Source: Eledone cirrhosa (Eukaryota). From it: 64,000 bases of DNA. The stretch covers positions 328,290,001 to 328,354,000 of the forward strand of contig OZ024742.1 in NCBI GenBank assembly GCA_964016885.1, read 5' to 3'. Below, in pieces: positions 15,521-30,682 of this stretch. Below the pieces are notes generated by a model. That model was not told the DNA's origin, ran no database searches, and was given only the letters and a program-made list of their open reading frames with translations. The stretch's first letter is position 1; each line of letters opens with the position of its first letter. The translations under genes were made by a program, and so were the position numbers.

Positions 15521-15714
15521 GGCGGTGGATTGGCAGTATCGGTAGAGGGTCGGACGCCATGCTTTGACGCAAAGAGTTACGACCCTTTCCATTCTGAGTT
15601 CAAATCCCGCCGAGGTTAACTTTGCATTTCATCCTTACGGAGTCGATAAAATAAAGTACCAGTAATGTACTGGGTAATTGCTGGCCTTGTGCCAAAAGTA
15701 GAAACAATTATTAT
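15521..15714 (+). mobile_element. Full-length tRNA-derived SINE
   Basis: GGCGGTGGATTGGCAGTATCGGTAGAG head, B box GAGTTCAAATCCC, conserved body, ATT tail. Inserted within a CAT/CAC microsatellite. Confidence 0.85.
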
Positions 15715-16423
15715 CAGCATCACCACCACTATAACCACCACCACCACCACCACCAACAACAAACATTAACATCATCATCATCATCACCATGAACTTATTC
15801 ATCATAATTGGCATCATATCTAACATCATCTGCAATGTTATCATCACTATCATCATTATCATCATCTTTATCCACATTCTGATGTTACCAACGTTTTCAC
15901 AATCGTCATTATCATCATTGCCATAGTTATCGTAATCATCCCCCCCACTCCTCATCCACCACATCATCATCATCACCAACATCATTAACGTCACGTAGGT
16001 CATGATTGATAGTCAGGAAGAAATTAATAAGATCGTTCGTTAAATGCTATTGCTAATGTTGTTGTTGTTATTTTTGTGGTTGTTGCTCTTGGCCTTGTAT
16101 GTGTTGTTGTTTGTGTTATTGTTTTTTTGCGCCTAAGTGATCCCAATCGATCAGAATTATCGTGCGGGGTGTTCTAACTATCACCACCAAGTCTTTAATC
16201 AGGAATGGAGGGATCCAGTACTCATTTTAAAAGTGTTTCTGCTATTTATAAGTATTTAAGGTGAGATATTTGAAGTAGAATTTACTGATAGAATTAATTC
16301 CAGAAATACCGTTGTTATTCTTGGTGTGATGTATGTGGAGATATCATATAGTTGCAACTATGATTTATTTGTTGCTAATTATACTATTGGTAAGATGCAG
16401 ATATTGTTATGACGTTATTATAT

Positions 16424-16758
16424 TGGCAGATCGGTAGAGCGTCAGCCACCATGCTTTGCAGCATAGAATTATGGCCCTTTACGTTCTGAGTTCAAATCCC
16501 GTCGAGATTAGTTTTACCCTTCATCCTTTCGGATTTGATGGAATAAAGCAACAGTAATACACTGGGATCGATTTAACCAACTTTTACCCCACCAAAACAT
16601 TGCTAGTCTTGTGCCTATAGTAGAAATCATTATCATGTTGAGTTCAAATCCCGCCGAGGTCAACTTTGCCTTTCATCCTTACGGGGTCGATAAAATAAAG
16701 TACCAGTAATGTACTGCGTAATTGCTGGCCTTGTGCCAAAAGTAAAAACAATTATTAT
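16424..16758 (+). mobile_element. Two tandem SINE copies (same family as 15521)
   Basis: B box and body motifs occur twice (16488-16634 and 16638-16758). Confidence 0.8.
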
Positions 16759-16999
16759 GTAGAAGCATTGAATCTGTCTCATTGCCCTATTGCTAGGTAC
16801 TAGAGACGGTGGAGATCCTGGTCTTGGGTTCAATCCTGGTCAAGAGGTGCATAGAATCTTTTATACTTGAAATCATTATTATGTAGAAGAATATTGTTGC
16901 TATGGTGTACGTTTTCCTATGATGTACATGTTATAAGTTCCTTTATGAAGTATTGTTTTATGACTGGAAGTCCTTCCTGACCCCACCTCATTTTTAGGA

Positions 17000-17880
17000 A
17001 GCCAAATAACGATGGTAGCTCTGTGCAGTGTACAAGAATGGTTTTGGTGTAAACTTCAAAACACTTACGATATCTACTGGGCATTGAAAATAAATTGGTG
17101 TGAAGTGGTTATTAAAGAAAGTAGCTACAACATTTAAGTATAAACGTGTATGGAGGGAACTACAGATAAATGTGATATTGAGATGGATCTTGAAAAAGAT
17201 GTGAACATGTTTTGTTAACTTGGAGTCATGTTGAAAGGCGAGAATGGATCAGACCCTGCCACAGTATCTCCAATGAGATATAACTGAAGAAACATTGATA
17301 ACTGAGTAGTGTGCTAATGAGAAGGAGTGTGTTGCCAAAACTGAAAGGAAAGTGATATGCTGCATGTGTGAGAAGTGTCATGATTTATGGGAGCGAGATA
17401 TGGATGATGAACTTGTAGCAACAACGAAAGCAGGAAATCCTGGATATAAGAATGGTTGGATAGATGTGGGGTGTATAGCTAAGAGAGAGAGGGGGGCAGA
17501 GAGAGAGGGGGGAAAAGGATATAGAAGATGACAGGAACAGAACGAATGACGAATGTTTTCAAGAGAAATTGAATGAGATGATTGAGGCACGTGTTGAGGG
17601 GAGGAATAGACCAGTGATGAATGTTGTAAAGTGGAATGGAATGAGATGGTTGGGTCATGTGAGTGGAGGAAGGATGAAAGTGACTGGATGAGAGGAGTGA
17701 TTGAAATAAAAGTAAAAGGAAGCAGAGGAACCGAAAGACCAAGAAAGACATGGCTCAAAAGGAAGAAAAGAGGAAATAAAAGCCAGTGTGTTGGTAAGTG
17801 GGATGCTGGCGGTGTAGGAAATTGGAGAACCTTGTTATATTGCCCACAAGCCTAACCCCACTTTAGCAGGAGAAATGTAG
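17000..17880 (+). pseudogene. Heavily decayed RTE-clade LINE 3' fragment
   Basis: Residual RWLGHV and KVKGSRGTERPRKTW (GxRxRGRPxKTW-like) motifs typical of RTE C-termini. Many stops and frameshifts. Confidence 0.55.
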
Positions 17881-18146
17881 CTTGTTATGGTTATTCTAGA
17901 TATTGCTATGGCGTAGATGTAACAAACTATGTTCTCTCACTCGTTTTCGTCATTATACGGCAGCCACTGTAAGAATGGGCACCACATTGCAGGGCATTAG
18001 TCGTTCCCATTGACCCCGGTATACATAATTTTCATGTGTTTTTACGTATGTAACCGTTCAAGCTTTTTCGAATACTTACGATACTGCATAAATACATACA
18101 GTGAACGAAAACACAGACAGCATACTCTCTCTCTCTCACTTTCTCC

Positions 18147-18230
<84 letters not shown>

Positions 18231-18459
18231 TATTTGTATATGCGGTATTTATATATATATATACAGTATTTGTATATGCGGCAAAAAAAAAAAAAAAAAA
18301 AAATTGTCCGGGAAAGACTGCCCTGACACCGGCCAGAGTTACCTCCCTTGACCTGCTGCAAAATCAAAACAAGCTATTTTTGCGAGCAATGAACCTTGAT
18401 ATGGATTTAACCCCCAAAACTCTTTCCGAGCAATATAAGGAACACTTTTGATTATTTAT

Positions 18460-18497
18460 ACCCTTGAGAAGCCCAACTGGGCGAAACGTACGTAGGT
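18460..18497 (+). ncRNA. Minimal type-I hammerhead ribozyme, U3-A8 variant (family D)
   Basis: CC-TTGAGAA-GCCCA-AC-TGGGC-GAAAC-GTAC-GTA-GG. Stem III ACGTACGT is a perfect palindrome; stem I is short. AATAAA ~10 nt downstream, then (TA)n at 18555. Confidence 0.7.
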
Positions 18498-18553
18498 GCT
18501 GTTTTAAATAAACATGTTTTAACGGTCTATTCTCCGATTTCTTACTTTCCCAC

Positions 18554-18621
<68 letters not shown>

Positions 18622-18696
18622 GTCTATGTATGCATGTATGCATGTATGCATGTATGCATGTCTATCTGTATATATGTATGTATGCAAGTATGTATA

Positions 18697-21091
18697 TGTG
18701 CACAGTAGGCATATTCCTAAAGTACACTTGTTAAATAAATAAATGAGCTTGCCATTTTCAGATGAACTTTTACTAGAAAATACTTGCGAGCATGTTAAAA
18801 AATATTAGAATTAAAAAAAAACTCTTGCACAAGGTAGATTCTTTAACATTGATTAACTAATATAGAATTGGATATACAATATACGTGTGTATGTAATAAC
18901 AATATAGTGTGCAATTTAACAGTTTATAAAATATAGTATTCTTCAAATTGTTTAATGGATCAACTTTATTGCTTGTTCATCACTTATTTGTCAGTTTAAT
19001 CTGTTCATAAAATTCATAAAATACATAAATAGAATAAATTAAAATTTGCGAGGTATATTTATTAATATATTTTAATATTTATAATTATATTATATTAATA
19101 TTATAAATTTCAGATGTATAAAAATCCAGTTGCTAAAGAGGAAAGTAAAAAGATTTGGGCACAAAATATTTGTCATTTTGAGAAGAGAAAGAAATCTAGG
19201 AAAACGAAAATTCAAAGTTCATTAATCGAATTATGCAAGCTACCTACTGAGTAACAGATCGTTGATAGATATATCACTCTTGCTGCTGAAGAGAAAAATA
19301 CAAAAAAAAAAAATTAAGATAATTACTGGAGAATGTGAAAGTTTATGGGAAAAGTTCACCTTTTCAACTATCAACAAACTTTCAATACCTCGAAAAATTG
19401 AAAAAATAATTAAAAAAAAGGAAAAAGAAGTGAAAAGACGAATTTCAATAATCTGTTTGACTTTACAAAAAGATATAGGATATGGTTAGCAGCCGAATAT
19501 TTGTCATTTTATGAAAAGCAAGTTGAGAGTTGTGGAAATGTTGGGTATACTACAATGAAAATGGACAGTGAAAAGAAAATCCATCCTGCTAAGAGAATTA
19601 AAAACAAAAAAAACAAGAACTAGATCATGATAAGCCATCCTGCTCATACATTCATCTGGACTCAAATGAAAGTTACAGTGACACCGATACAAATATCAGC
19701 GATTACAAACCTTCACCTTCACCTTCACCAGAAAAAAAACGAAAAGAGAAAACACAGCTCATGTTGTTAACCGAGTAAGAAATACTAAATTACCTAGTAG
19801 AAAAGCAGCAGCAGTTTGCAAAGAATTTACAAGTGGTGGTATTAAGGTGAGCACCCCGAGTCAGTCGGCAATGCACAAAGCAGTTATCAGAGAAGGTGAG
19901 AAACTCATGGAAAAGTGGAAAAATGAACACAAAAGGGAAAAATGGAGCCTTCATTTTGCTGGAAAACGAATGAGAGACGTAGAATATCAGGTTGTAGTGA
20001 TAAAAAATGATCAGAAAGAAATACGCCTGAGGCCGATGGCATTAACCGATAGAAAGGCTCTTACTATATTTAATGGATTGAAAGAAGTTATTGACAAATA
20101 TGAACTGTGGGAATCTATCGTGATGATAGTCTCCGACACAACTAGTGTCAATACCGGCAAAAAGGCAGGAGGTGTTGCCATGCTCAACAGTGAGTTCGCG
20201 CATCGCTGTTACAGCAAGCCATTATATGCTGGATGCCAGCACCACATTTTAGACCGTGCATTGAAAGTTTATTTTGATCAACTATATAGTAGCAAAAAAA
20301 TTTCGCCATATATCAATTATTACTTTGTTGAATCCATTTTAAAGAACTATGACGAACTGAAGCAGAACTTTTCAAATGGAACGACGGAAATTAATGAAAC
20401 CCCGACGCGCTGGCGAAGTGACATGGATTTCCTTCAGCATCTCATGATAGCCGTGCAACGTTTCTTTGAAAACGGTGCGTTTCCTAAAATAAATTTTAAG
20501 AAATTACCTAATTTGCACAATGTTCGTTGGAATAGCCGAGCAATTTATCTGTTGCTTGGGTTTATTTTGATGCCTGATGAACGAGCGAAGCTGCGCGCTG
20601 GTGCCGAATACATCTGCGGAATGTGGGAAAAAATGTGGTTCTCAAGTCAACTGTATAGAGCTGACAGCAAGCAGAAACTCATTGACCAACTAATTAAAGC
20701 CAAGTGTGAAAAGGCTGCAAACACCGTCAGTCAATTTTAGTCTAATGAAGAATCTCCAATTGTGACGCAACGCTCGACCATTTGCGCTGAGCGAGCTGTA
20801 AAAGTTGTGCAGGACCTTTTGCCATTTTGTAAAAGTAGTAGAACCTTAGAGATTAAATTTTGTTTAACTAATAATTAAAATAAATTTTTTATTGTCATAA
20901 TTTATTGTTTTAGGTATTTATTTTATGGTACTCGCTAATTACCAAAAGATTAAAAATATAATTTAGTATGTGCAAGAATTTTTTTCAAAATTTACAAAAA
21001 AACTACTGTAATTCTTTCTTTATGACAAAAACCTCATTAGAAAATTTCATGCTCATATGGGGTTGTAAAAAAGTCATATGTCTAGTGCACA
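18697..21091 (+). mobile_element. Decayed hAT-like DNA transposon
   Basis: Imperfect inverted ends TGTGCACAGTAGGCATAT (18697-18714) / ATATGTCTAGTGCACA (21076-21091) enclose a transposase pseudogene. No clear TSD. Confidence 0.55.
19114..20878 (+). pseudogene. hAT-type DDE transposase pseudogene
   Basis: ORF 19847-20740 has HFAGK (first catalytic Asp apparently replaced by Ala), SDTTSVNTG, CQHH (CxxH) and RWNS. After an in-frame TAG at 20738 the frame continues through ICAERAVK to TAA at 20878. The upstream part is frameshifted. Confidence 0.75.
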
Positions 21092-21205
21092 GTCTTTCCT
21101 CAATTGAAAAAAATCAAGTATGTATGTATGTATGTATGTATGTATGTATGTATGTATGTATGTATGTATGTATGTATGTATGTATGTATGTATGTATGTA
21201 TGTAT

Positions 21206-22887
21206 GTCAGGTCACCAGTTGGTGCTACTGGTAACATGTATCCCAGTACAACCTGTCTCATGGTCGGGTCGTTGGCGACTAAACTGGCAACCCCACCAAG
21301 GTTTCTTGGTGAGGAGGGTGACTTTGGACATCCTGCAGGACTAAAAAGAAAACCTGTCAAAGGGCAAAGGAGCTCTTAAGAGTCAATGGCCATCCAAAAT
21401 CACCGGGAGAGATGACCCCTTAGTCTTTGTCAAGGCAGAATTCTAGGAGAAGGAAAACTCTGATATAACACCTGCAACCCTGATGGTATCCAATGATATT
21501 GAGTTGTTCTTCTTTTTTGTAAATATCATCTTGGTTAAGAGAGTGGGACTGGCTTTGTGCAGTGCCTTTGCTCACTATAAAAGCTTCACGGCACAGGCAT
21601 TGCTTTATATCTGGAGATCTCTCTGCCCTTGTCGTCACATGGTACCATGGGCCTGTGTCAATAATTGTCACAAGTGTAGTGTTTGTACCAGAGTTTTCAA
21701 GTCGCTGGCTGGACTTAAAAGTCACACTCGTTCAGCGCATCGGTAGGGGTTCTCCTACATGGATATAAAGTAGTGGCCGTACTCGAAAACGAGTTGGCAG
21801 CCACCATGTATATATGTATGTATATATATATGTATGTATATATGTTTATGTCGGGTCTCCAGTTGGTGCTACTGGTAACATGTATCCCAGTACAACCTGT
21901 CCCATGGTTGGGTCGTTGGCGACTAAACTGGCAACCCCAATAAGGTTTCTTGGTGAGGAGGGTGACTTTGGACATCCTGCAGGACTAAAAACAAAACCTG
22001 TCAAAGGGCAAAGGACCTCTTAAGAGTCAATGTCCATCCAAAATCACCGGGAGAGATGACCCCTTAGCCTTTGTCAAGGCAGAATTCTAGGAGAAGGAAA
22101 ACTCTGATATAACACCTGCAACCCTGATGGTATCCAATGATGTTGACTTGTTCTTCTTTTTGGTAAATATCATCTTGGTTAAGAGAGTGGGACTGGCTTT
22201 GTGCAGTGCCTTTGCTCACTATAAAAGCTTCACGGCACAGGCATTGCTTTATATCTGGAGATCTCTGTGCACTTGTCGTCACATGGTACCATATGGCCCA
22301 GCACTATGTGTCAATAATTGTCACAAGTGTTTGTACCAGAGTTTTCAAGTCGCTGGCTGGACTAAGAAGTCACACTTGTTCAGCGCATCGGTAGGGGTTC
22401 TCCTACATGGATATAAAGTAGTGGCCGTACTCTAAAACGAGTTGGCAGCCACCATGTATGTATGTATGTATGTATGTATGTATGTATGTATGACCCCTTA
22501 GCCTTTGTCAAGGCAGAATTCTAGGAGTAGAAAAACACTGATATAACACCTGCAACCCTGATGGTATCCAATGATGTTGACTTGTTCTTCTTTTTGGTAA
22601 ATATCATCTTGGTTAAGAGAGTGGGACTGGCTTTGTGCAGTGCCTTTGCTCACTATAAAAGCTTCACGGCACAGGCATTGCTTTATATCTGGAGATCTCT
22701 GTGCACTTGTCGTCACATGGTACCATGGGCCCAGCACTATGTGTCAATAATTGTCACAAGTGTTTGTACCAGAGTTTTCAAGTCGCTGGCTGGACTAAGA
22801 AGTCACACTTGTTCAGCGCATCGGTAGGGGTTCTCGTACATGGATATAAACTAGTGGCCGTACTCGAAAACGAGTTGGCAGCCACCA
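21206..22887 (+). mobile_element. Tandem array of three ~600-bp non-autonomous RTE-derived elements with (TGTA)n tails
   Basis: Copies at 21206-21806, 21850-22454 and 5'-truncated 22491-22887, each followed by (TGTA)n. The 3' part encodes HKCSVCTRVFKSLAGLKSHTRSAHR (C2H2-like, as at RTE C-termini). The 5' part has an RTE-5'UTR-like GGAGAAGGAAAACTCTGAT. No RT. Confidence 0.7.
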
Positions 22888-24086
22888 TGTATGTATGTAT
22901 GTATCTATGTATGCATGTATCTATGCATGTATGTATGTATATACACGACGAGCATCTAAATACTTTCAATCTGCCAAATTTTATTTTAATTTATTGGTCA
23001 ATCCGATACTATAGTTGCCGGCACTTGCCCAAGGTGCCACACAATAGAACTTAACCAAAAACCACATGGTTGCAAAGCGGAATCCTTAATCATGAAGCTA
23101 TACCTCTACTTTCATCATTAGAACTTCATCTTTTTCATTTCACATCTTTTTCATTTCACAAGCGTTTGGACTGTCAGTCCACAACTTCCCCCAGAAGGCG
23201 ACCCTGTATTCATTTTATTAGCAGGTTTATTTCCATCACCGGTTAGGTAGGACCGTCGTGGTTAACGCCGCCAATGTCGTCACAGGGAAAAGTAAAGGGA
23301 GATAAAACTTGATACCATTGACGTCCCAACTCATTTCTCCACCTGAGTGAACTGTAACAATATGAAATAAAATGTCTAGCTCTGATCGAGAATTGAACTC
23401 CCAAACTCACGATTTTTACTACAACTCTCTAACAATTAAGCATGACAATTAATTATAAATTTCACATAAATTTACACTTTGCTGAAGTTTACAATTTTTT
23501 TAGTGTGGTTGTTTTATAGCATCTACAGACAAAATGGCGTGTGCAATACTCATAGGATGGTGTGGTCGGTACGATAAAGGAGACAGTTGAATCCAAAGGG
23601 CATGTACTTGTGAACGATTATCTTCATCCCGATCGTAAAAGAAAGAAAGTGTTGTTAAGGATGCAGGCAGCCTGATGATTACATCCACTCTAGTGGTAGA
23701 GGTGGTTTTGTTTGAACGTTTCCACCACTAAAATCTGAGGAAATGACTAACCGTGGTTGCGGGGGCTTAATGATGCCTCCGTGGTAAAGAAATTTGTTTC
23801 GTAACTAAGCGGTTTATTGTTGACTACCAGCATGTTACAACTCCACCAACAGACGATATATTCTGGAAGCCCATTGCCGGGAGGTTTGCTGCAACAACAC
23901 TTAACCCATCTCTCTTAAATGCTATCATATGTTTTATGAAAACCTGTTAACGACGACCACTCTGATAGATGTAGTGTACCATATTCCCATACTGGTGATG
24001 ATATACTTACCTTTATCCATCAACCTTAAAGGACCAGAAAATTTCCGTCGAAGTTGCCTTTTGTTCTTTGATTAAATTAGAAACAC

Positions 24087-24145
<59 letters not shown>

Positions 24146-24494
24146 TACACCCCACCCCACCCCCACCCCCACACACGCTCACACACATACATACATTCAC
24201 AGACAAACCTACACACACTCACACTGATATACATATCCCCTCCCACACAAACGCGCATCTGTAATTGTTTGGGCCCAACACTGCAGATCACATGTTACTA
24301 CTAGGTCGTTGGGGAGCGTCAGGGTAGCGCCGTGTATTAGCTCCCTCATAGTGAACTCACTTTATAAATATCTTAATAGAACAACAACCATTTTATTTTG
24401 GCCTTCATTTCAATGAAGAAAAACTGGTTCTACTTCTCTTGTTGCTTCTCTTCTTTTGGAAATTCAACTTTGTTTAGATGTTTCTCTCTTTTTC

Positions 24495-24545
<51 letters not shown>

Positions 24546-24579
24546 GCTATTTCTGTTTACCTTTTACACACACACACAC

Positions 24580-24650
<71 letters not shown>

Positions 24651-24677
24651 TATACACATATATATACATATGCATAA

Positions 24678-24722
<45 letters not shown>

Positions 24723-24842
24723 CATGAGAGTATTGAAGTTTGCTTGAAACATTGTGGAATAATATAAACGACCAAATTTTATATATATATATATATAAAT
24801 ATATACATATATACATATATATACATATATATATATACACAC

Positions 24843-24900
<58 letters not shown>

Positions 24901-25137
24901 GGGTGTATGGATGTGCGTTTATGTGTGTATAGTAATTTTAAATATCTATTTAGACAAATGCAAAATCCACACGGACACACAAATATTAATACGCATATAT
25001 ATGCATATATATATGCGTATATATGCACATACATTTTACATTTCTGTCTATCTCTCTAGCTCTCTGTCAGTTTCTCCCTTCCTCACTTCATATTTACATA
25101 CATGCATACAAACATACACACAAACGCGCGCACATAC

Positions 25138-25173
<36 letters not shown>

Positions 25174-25566
25174 CTGCATTATGCGCATTCAGCTGTTGTT
25201 TAATCAGAGACACACACATGTTAATTCATACTTACAGATATGTGCACACATGTACACATTCCTGTATATACACATATACACAGGCACATGTACCTCTGCA
25301 CACATTGAGTCCTTTGGTGAACATATCTGACTTCCTTAGACAGAAGAGCTCAATCAGTGTCCGGAGTGATTGATGAAGTGGTCGAACGGCAGTTGAGAAA
25401 ATGAAGTACTAGAAAGAGTGAGAGTGAGAGGGGAACAGTGGGAGGGGAAAGGATAGAAATAGCCAGAAGGATAGAGGGGGAATAAAGAGGGAACGTGGGT
25501 GAGAAAGAGGGGGAGAATGAACGAAGGGAGTGATAGAATAGAGGAGGGAGAATAAGAGACAGAGAG

Positions 25567-25643
<77 letters not shown>

Positions 25644-26849
25644 TGAGCATAGAGATTGGATAAAACAGAAGGATGGGGAGAGGGTGGAGAGGGGTTAAGC
25701 TGAAATAGAGGTGAGGTATATATATACAGAGAGAGAGAGAGAGAGAGAGAGGGGAGTGTGTGTGTGTGTGTCTGTGTGAAATAGATAGATAAGTGAAAAG
25801 TGGGAGGTGGGGCGGAAGATATTTAATTAAAAGTGGAACGTTCCAGAAGCTAACTCTGTGTACAAGATGCCTCAGATGGCCCTATTCAGTTACCCGATTA
25901 AAAACTTTCAGGCAGCTACGTTTACTGAAACGCCAGTGGGTCGCTCACGCTTGATATAAAATCGATAACCAAGCCACCTGATTGATAGAGAAATGCTTGG
26001 CTCAATAAACTTAATTAAATGTCCTTTAAAATCCATTTGTCATTGCTGTATTTGTTATTAATGTTGTTGTTTAAACTAGTATTGTTTATATTGTGGTTGA
26101 TTTAACTAGTATTGTTTTTTTTATTGTTGTAGTTGCAGCTGTTGTTGTTGTTATTAGTTGGATATACATTTCTTATTTCTTTAATTTTATTTCATTTATT
26201 ATTTTATCTTCATTAATAATGATATTACTATTTTTTTTCTATTTTCAATGACTATTTTGTTTTCGTTTCAAAATGTCAGGTTATTCGTAGAAAATATTGC
26301 TAAACATTGAGCGATGAGGTACCGGAGGAAAGTTGGTCGCTTGACAGCTCACTGTTAAAGTATTCACATCGAAAGCCACAGGTTTTTTGGGATGTTTTCA
26401 AATCTTTCATGTTCTGTTTTCTACGTCACCATCTTATCCCTTCATCTCAACCACTCCTCTCACTCTCATTATGCTATTCACATAACGTATTTTCTTTATT
26501 TTTTACTATCAAAGTTATATATTATTGCCACCACACTTTTATTAAACATTGCCAACTAGTTCTTTGTCCGCACGATGGTTAGAAAGGAAATATTTTTCTC
26601 AGCAACCACTTGTTGAGGACAGCCCACCAACTCAATACATTAGACATTGGACATTTATCAACTAGTGTGGTTATTATTATTAAGCAGAGCCTATCTTAAT
26701 AGTTATTCAGAGATATCTGGCAGTAAGAATGTTCGAGACGCTATCCATGTCTACCATCGAATGTATCGTATCGCCAAGTATTATGCTAATTACAACTTTT
26801 AACTAAACACTACTGTTCAAATAAACACGCCAGTAAGTCCATTTATATA

Positions 26850-26920
<71 letters not shown>

Positions 26921-26994
26921 TGAGAGAGAGTGAGAGAGAGGGAGAGAGAGAGAGAATAGATGGATGGATGGATAAATAGATGCATACATATATT

Positions 26995-27065
<71 letters not shown>

Positions 27066-27162
27066 GGGATAACAAATTATTGTTATAGGTAGTCCACTTA
27101 GATGTAGTCCAGTTAGGGTACTCCGAGTAGTCGATAGTATCAACGCATAGCAAAACGTGTCA

Positions 27163-27250
<88 letters not shown>

Positions 27251-27719
27251 TATACACATATGTGTGCGTGCGTGGGTGAATGTATGCATATATATATGTG
27301 TATTATAAAAAGTAGATGCTGTTTGGATCACCGTCAGTTACGACGACGATAGATCCAGGTGTTCTGATTCTGTAATAGCCTGTACATGAAATTAACGTGT
27401 AATTGGCTGACCATTTTAAACACACGTGTATCGTAAGTCCCAGGGCAAGTCCATCTGACATTGTGTGTCAAAAAGCTGCCTCGTACAATTAGAAGATAAA
27501 CCTCAGATGTACCAGAATATTCGACCTACCTGAAATAAATTATCATGCTTAAAGTGACAACACGGCGCATAGAATCGAACACAATATATTAGGATCATGG
27601 AATTAATACTCTAAGTGCCAACACACACTTTCAAACAACGTTACATAATACTGAAGTCAATAAACAGGCCATCAGAAAACTCAATAACGAACTAGAATTT
27701 AAACATTTATTTTGCTATG

Positions 27720-27984
27720 TTTAAAGATTTTGCGGGCAAAAGATTTTATTATGTCTAAAGGTTTTACACGCAAAACCAACTGGCAGGAGTCCCAGGGGTG
27801 ACCTCGAGCAAGATGGTTGAATATCATCCATGAGCTTTGCTGGTCTCGCTTGGGGATACAGCCGGATCAATTGGAGAGGGTTGCTTCTGACAGAACCCAC
27901 TGGAAGGAGTGTTTGAGCACACTGCCCGCACGTCACTCTCAGGAATAAGTGGGCGAAGGAGGAGGAGAAGAAGAAGAAGAAGAA

Positions 27985-28015
<31 letters not shown>

Positions 28016-28100
28016 AAGAAGAAGAAGAAGAAGGAGAAGAAGAAGAAGAAGATGAAGAAGAAGAAGAAGAAGAAGGAGAAGAAGAAAAAGAAGAAGAAGA
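27720..28100 (+). pseudogene. 5'-truncated RTE (Rex3/Expander-like) 3' end with (GAA)n tail
   Basis: Reads VLHAKPTGRSPRG*PRARWLNIIHELCWSRLGIQPDQLERVASDRTHWKECL. Homologous to 37150-37457. Confidence 0.7.
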
Positions 28101-28201
28101 ACAACAACAACAACAATAAAAACAAGATAGATAGATATAAGATAGATATAAGAAGAACGAGCATTATGTATGATGTAGGTAGGTGTGTATGTATTTATGT
28201 T

Positions 28202-28252
<51 letters not shown>

Positions 28253-28285
28253 GTGTATTTATTGATGGATATATTTGTATACTTT

Positions 28286-28316
<31 letters not shown>

Positions 28317-28940
28317 ACATGTATTTATATACAGATGTATGCGTGGAAGTCTGTATGGCATAATGAACGGATTGACAGAAATATAAGTCTACAAATACAA
28401 ATAAAAGTTTCAGTATCCTTGTTAGATGTATGTACAACCATTCCGTTGTCAGTTTTATCATTGCTAAACAAATGCATGAAAAAATATACATCAGATTCCT
28501 TTTTAGAAATACTCTGTTGCATTCATATTTCATTTCACAAACTATAGCACGAAAAAATATATACACTCCTCAATTGTAAATGTCAGAAAATGGCCATACT
28601 CATGCACAGTCACGGGCACACATACGCACGAAAACCGCGCACTAATATACATACACGCAGACATTATAATGTGTTGTGTGCGTGTGTGTATGTCTGCGTG
28701 TGTATGTAGGGCGGGGGTGGGGGGTGCATTTTAGAAAATATGTATCAACGTTTTCCAAAGGTTCTGTACGCATTAAGAAGAGAGTAGGCGTTAATAAAAC
28801 TATACATCTCTTTTTTTTTGACATTGGTTACTCATTCTCCGGACTGTTAATAATAAACGTATACATAAATATAGATGGGCAGACCGACACAGAAACAGTA
28901 ACACACACGCACACATACATACATACATATATATATATAT

Positions 28941-30110
<1,170 letters not shown>

Positions 30111-30112
30111 TC

Positions 30113-30204
<92 letters not shown>

Positions 30205-30682
30205 TATATTGGGGTTAAATTGGGGGTAACCGCATTAATTTACGTACTCAGTTCTAGTTCTGTAGAAGCCATTTCTATATTAAATTATTTATATATATAA
30301 AGTCATTTTTTTAGAAATGTTTTGCATCAGTTGCGCAAAGATAATTTACTTTGAATGAAATTCTTCCGAAAAAGAGGGCAGAAAATTAGATTGTTCCTAA
30401 TATTCTTCATGAACTATAAATGATCGGGTTTTTCATACTCAATGAGTTCTTTTCTGTCGTTAGCAATCGCTTCTTTGTTGACCGCATCTCTTTTTGTGGT
30501 TTGGAATTGTTGTTCCTTGATGTAGGTTCAATGATCACAGGAATGTTTGAATAGCAGCATCTCTGAACCAGTTGTCGTTTAAACTTCTGGTATGGTAATT
30601 ACTCTTTGTAACGCCAATTCTAATATATGGTATCTGCAACTAAATAACATTTAGTATAATATATAAAGTTTTTGATCTAGAT

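Noticed and set aside
21483-22827. C2H2 zinc-finger gene cluster
   Set aside because: A single finger per unit, frameshifted between copies, and part of an RTE-derived repeat with microsatellite tails.
25820-26400. Possible host exon or regulatory element in non-repetitive sequence
   Set aside because: The candidate acceptor at ~26279 is followed by stops in all three frames, and short TGATTGAT motifs are not significant without conservation data.
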